DNA from: an uncultured Chloroflexia bacterium
GTDB taxonomy: Bacteria; Chloroflexota; Anaerolineae; B4-G1; SLSP01
Direction of reading: 5' to 3'
DNA length: 64,000 nucleotides
NCBI GenBank assembly: GCA_963751345.1
Contig: CAVVUS010000043.1
Span: 64,001 to 128,000, forward strand
Shown: piece after piece, positions 61,267 through 64,000 of the stretch
Numbering within the stretch: position 1 is the first letter of the stretch
Layout of the letters: every line of letters starts with the position of its first letter
Notes under the pieces: generated by a model
What the model saw: the letters and a program-made list of their open reading frames with translations, nothing else
What the model was told of the DNA's origin: nothing
Database searches by the model: none
Made by a program: the position numbers and the translations under genes

Positions 61267-61800
61267 ATGCTTGTACCCTTAAGGGCACTTGGTCTATTGA
61301 GAGGTGTCTGGCGCGTCTTTCTACATCTGTTCCATCCGCCGGAGACCGTACAGTACCCTGACGAGATGCCGTATCGGCCGCCGAGATTCCGGGGACGCAT
61401 CATTCTCTCCCGTGACCCCGACGGTCAAGAGCGCTGCGTGGCCTGCTATCTATGTTCGGTCGCCTGTCCCGTGGATTGCATAGCACTGCAAGCCACGGAA
61501 GATGAACACGGACGTCGGTATCCTGCGTTCTTCCGTATCAACTTCTCCCGCTGTATCTTCTGTGGGTTCTGTGAGGAGGCCTGTCCGACCTACGCGATTC
61601 AGCTCACGCCCGACTTTGAGATGGGCGAATATGACCGGCAGCATCTGGTGTACGAGAAAGAGGATCTCCTCATCAGCGGCACCGGCAAGTATCCCGGCTA
61701 CAATTTCTACCGGGTCGCTGGACTCGCGATTGGCGGCAAGGACAAGGGCGAGGCCGAGAGCGAGTCGCCACCTGTTGACGTGCGAGAGCTGATGCCGTAA
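61267..61800 (+). CDS. nuoI: NADH-quinone oxidoreductase subunit I
   Basis: 'CVACYLC...CP', '[12 protein letters not shown]'. Confidence 0.96.
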   Translation: MLVPLRALGLLRGVWRVFLHLFHPPETVQYPDEMPYRPPRFRGRIILSRDPDGQERCVACYLCSVACPVDCIALQATEDEHGRRYPAFFRINFSRCIFCGFCEEACPTYAIQLTPDFEMGEYDRQHLVYEKEDLLISGTGKYPGYNFYRVAGLAIGGKDKGEAESESPPVDVRELMP

Positions 61801-61852
61801 GGGCGTTAGCACGTTGACACCTGGGGCATACCAGGGCAGGCGTCAGTACGTC

Positions 61853-61891
61853 TCAACGTTCAAACGTTTGAACGTGCCAACGTTCCAACGC
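61853..61891. repeat. short degenerate AACGTT-containing repeats between nuoI and nuoJ
   Basis: ctcaacgttcaaacgtttgaacgtgccaacgttccaacg, ~8-9 bp period with internal palindrome ACGTTCAAACGTTTGAACGT. Confidence 0.55.
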
Positions 61892-61905
61892 AGAAAGGAG
61901 CCTGA

Positions 61906-62445
61906 ATGAACGTAGCGTTCTATGTCGCGGCAGGGATCGCCATCCTGTCGACGGTCCTGACGATCACGCGGGACAACGCAGTTCACGCGTTGCTTTACCT
62001 GATCGTCTCGTTGCTCGCCGTGGCCGTGATCTTCTTCACTCTCGGTGCCCCGTTTGTCGCGGCATTGGAGGTGATCATTTATGCCGGCGCCATCATGGTG
62101 CTGTTCCTCTTTGCTGTCATGATGCTGAACCTTGGCTCCCAGTCTGTGGTCCAGGAGAGACGGTGGCTTGCGGCGGTGACGTGGTTTGGAGCAGCATTTC
62201 TCGCAACTGTTTTGCTCGCCGAGCTTGCCTTACTGATGATTGGCACCCAAGGTCACGCCATTATGACCCAGAGCGTGACCCCAAAGGACGTCGGGCTGGC
62301 GCTCTATGGACCCTATCTGTTAGGTGTGGAATTGGCATCAACACTGCTGTTAGCGGGGCTCATCGGGGCCAACATAATTGGACGGCGCCAGCGGACTGGT
62401 GAGCGACGTCCCGCCTCCACCGAGAGCGATCGTGTGCAGTTGTAG
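61906..62445 (+). CDS. nuoJ: NADH-quinone oxidoreductase subunit J
   Basis: 'NAVHALLYLIVS', 'IIYAGAIMVLF', 'VELAS'. Confidence 0.96.
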   Translation: MNVAFYVAAGIAILSTVLTITRDNAVHALLYLIVSLLAVAVIFFTLGAPFVAALEVIIYAGAIMVLFLFAVMMLNLGSQSVVQERRWLAAVTWFGAAFLATVLLAELALLMIGTQGHAIMTQSVTPKDVGLALYGPYLLGVELASTLLLAGLIGANIIGRRQRTGERRPASTESDRVQL

Positions 62446-62462
62446 AGACGTGCCGGCTGGCA

Positions 62463-62528
62463 CGTCTTCCGAGACGCTTCGTCTTCCGAGACGCTTCGTC
62501 TTCCGAGACGCTTCGTCTTCCGAGACGC
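62463..62528. repeat. tandem 17-bp repeat (about 4 copies), each forming a CGTCT-TCCG-AGACG hairpin
   Basis: GTCTTCCGAGACGCTTC at 62464, 62481 and 62498, partial copy at 62515. Confidence 0.9.
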
Positions 62529-62558
62529 AGGGCAGCAATATCTGAAGGATGGTGAGGG

Positions 62559-62867
62559 ATGACGTCGATTCCAATGGAGTATGGACTGATATTGGCAGCG
62601 GTGCTCTTTGTTCTAGGCCTAACTGGCGTGCTTGTGCGTCGGAGCGTCTTCTTTCAGTTGATGTCTATCGAGGTGATGCTCAATGCCGCAGGACTGGCAT
62701 TCGTCGTTGCGGGTGCTCATTGGGGGGCGGCGGATGGGCAGGTAATGTTCATCTTTATTCTCAGTATGGCTGCGGCTGAGGTCGCTGTTGGATTGGCCCT
62801 GGCTCGCCAGCTCTTCCACCATCTCAAGACATTGGATAGTGACGCTGCAAGCCACATGCGAGGGTGA
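62559..62867 (+). CDS. nuoK: NADH-quinone oxidoreductase subunit K
   Basis: 'SIEVMLNA', 'GQV', 'AAAEVAVGL'. Confidence 0.96.
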   Translation: MTSIPMEYGLILAAVLFVLGLTGVLVRRSVFFQLMSIEVMLNAAGLAFVVAGAHWGAADGQVMFIFILSMAAAEVAVGLALARQLFHHLKTLDSDAASHMRG

Positions 62868-62872
62868 CGGAT

Positions 62873-64000
62873 ATGTTCAGTCTACTTTGGTTAGTGCCGG
62901 CGCTGCCGATCGCGGGTTTCCTTGGGCTTACGCTGCTTGGACAGTACTTCCCACGTAGAGTCACTGCCCTGGTGGGCGTAGGATCGGTGGCTCTATCGGC
63001 GATTGTAGCATGTCTGATCACCGTTGCCTTTGTGTTCGCGCCGCCACCGGACCACACCTACGTGGAGGCATTCTGGACGTGGATCCAGGTCGGCGGATTT
63101 GCCCCTAACGTGGCTTTCCATCTCGATCCCTTGTCGCTGGTGATGATGCTGGTCATCACCTTTGTCGGCTCGCTTATCCATCTGTATTCCTCGGAGTTCA
63201 TGATCGAAGAAGAGGGATACGCGCGTTTCTTTGCTATCATGAATCTCTTCGTCGGCGCTATGCTCATTCTGGTGCTGGCCGACAACTTGCTGCTCCTCTA
63301 CCTGGGGTGGGAAGGTGTTGGGCTGTGCAGCTATCTCCTGATTGGCTTTTGGTACAAGGATCCGGCAAACGGCAGGGCCGCCCGCAAGGCGTTTATCGTC
63401 ACACGCATCGGCGATACGGCGATGATTATCGGCATCTTCCTGCTCTTTGACAACCTGGGCACCTTGCAGATCCAGTTGCTGATGCAGCGCGCAACACAGC
63501 AATGGGCCGTGGGATCGGGGTTGGCCATCGCGGCGGCGTTACTCCTACTCGGAGGGGCGGTAGGCAAATCGGCTCAACTACCGCTGCAAATCTGGTTGCC
63601 CGACGCGATGGCCGGCCCGACACCGGTGAGTGCCCTGATCCACGCGGCGACGATGGTGACGGCGGGCGTGTACCTGATTGCGCGCACCCATACCTTGTTC
63701 GCCCTTGCCCCTGCCGTACAATTGGCGGTCGCCATCATTGGGGCGCTGACCCTGCTATTGGCGGGCTTCAGCGCCCTCAACCAGCGCGACATCAAGCGGG
63801 TGTTGGCTTACTCGACGATGAGCCAGATCGGGTACATGTTTCTGGCTCTGGGCGTCGGTGCGTGGTCCGCTGCGATCTTCCACTTTATGACCCATGCGTT
63901 CTTCAAGGCGCTGCTCTTCCTGTCTGCAGGAGTGATAGTGCTACGGTTGCATCACGAGCACGATATCTTCAAGATGGGAGGGCTGCGTAAGCAGCTTCCC
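62873..64000 (+). CDS. nuoL: NADH-quinone oxidoreductase subunit L (3'-truncated by window edge)
   Basis: Read directly from ATG 62873: 'LDPLS', 'GWEGVGLCSYLLIGFW', 'GKSAQLPLQIWLPDAMAGPTPVSALIHAATMV', 'THAFFKALLF'. Confidence 0.95.
   Translation, partial: MFSLLWLVPALPIAGFLGLTLLGQYFPRRVTALVGVGSVALSAIVACLITVAFVFAPPPDHTYVEAFWTWIQVGGFAPNVAFHLDPLSLVMMLVITFVGSLIHLYSSEFMIEEEGYARFFAIMNLFVGAMLILVLADNLLLLYLGWEGVGLCSYLLIGFWYKDPANGRAARKAFIVTRIGDTAMIIGIFLLFDNLGTLQIQLLMQRATQQWAVGSGLAIAAALLLLGGAVGKSAQLPLQIWLPDAMAGPTPVSALIHAATMVTAGVYLIARTHTLFALAPAVQLAVAIIGALTLLLAGFSALNQRDIKRVLAYSTMSQIGYMFLALGVGAWSAAIFHFMTHAFFKALLFLSAGVIVLRLHHEHDIFKMGGLRKQLP

Noticed and set aside
62463-62528. CRISPR array
   Set aside because: Units are 17 bp and directly adjacent, with no unique spacers and no cas genes
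958-63990. Long antisense or alternate-frame ORFs (for example 2997-4007, 52299-53360, 57501-58589)
   Set aside because: Shadow ORFs of well-supported genes, expected at high GC

Overview
High-GC bacterial chromosomal segment whose gene content suggests Chloroflexota (Anaerolineae-like); this assignment is an inference. The sequence behaves like an unpolished long-read or MAG consensus: many conserved genes carry single-base indels and 47.75-48.9 kb is badly corrupted. The left part (1-42 kb) holds DegV, TMEM175, TMEM165 and enolase-family genes, a ROK kinase plus PflD-like glycyl radical enzyme, fur-larEBC, a cobalamin-riboswitch ECF uptake operon, tsaE-tsaB-rimI-udg, a DUF1998 helicase with an inserted HNH domain, glycosylation genes and rimO-rodZ-rplI. 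At 40.4-42.7 kb are a perfect parS, a DnaA-box and DnaA-trio cluster that looks like oriC although no dnaA lies in the window, and tRNA-Glu(CTC); gene orientation flips here. The right part is an ECF sigma/anti-sigma pair, then one continuous respiratory cluster: an alternative complex III/Qrc-like set running directly into an E. coli-type complex I (nuoA-L, truncated). The most striking observation is two diverged tandem nuoF genes. One is canonical (CGEET). The other naturally carries CGEAT, the Glu-to-Ala change known to open E. coli complex I to NADPH, which suggests interchangeable NADH and NADPH input modules. No CRISPR, rRNA, integrase or transposase was seen.
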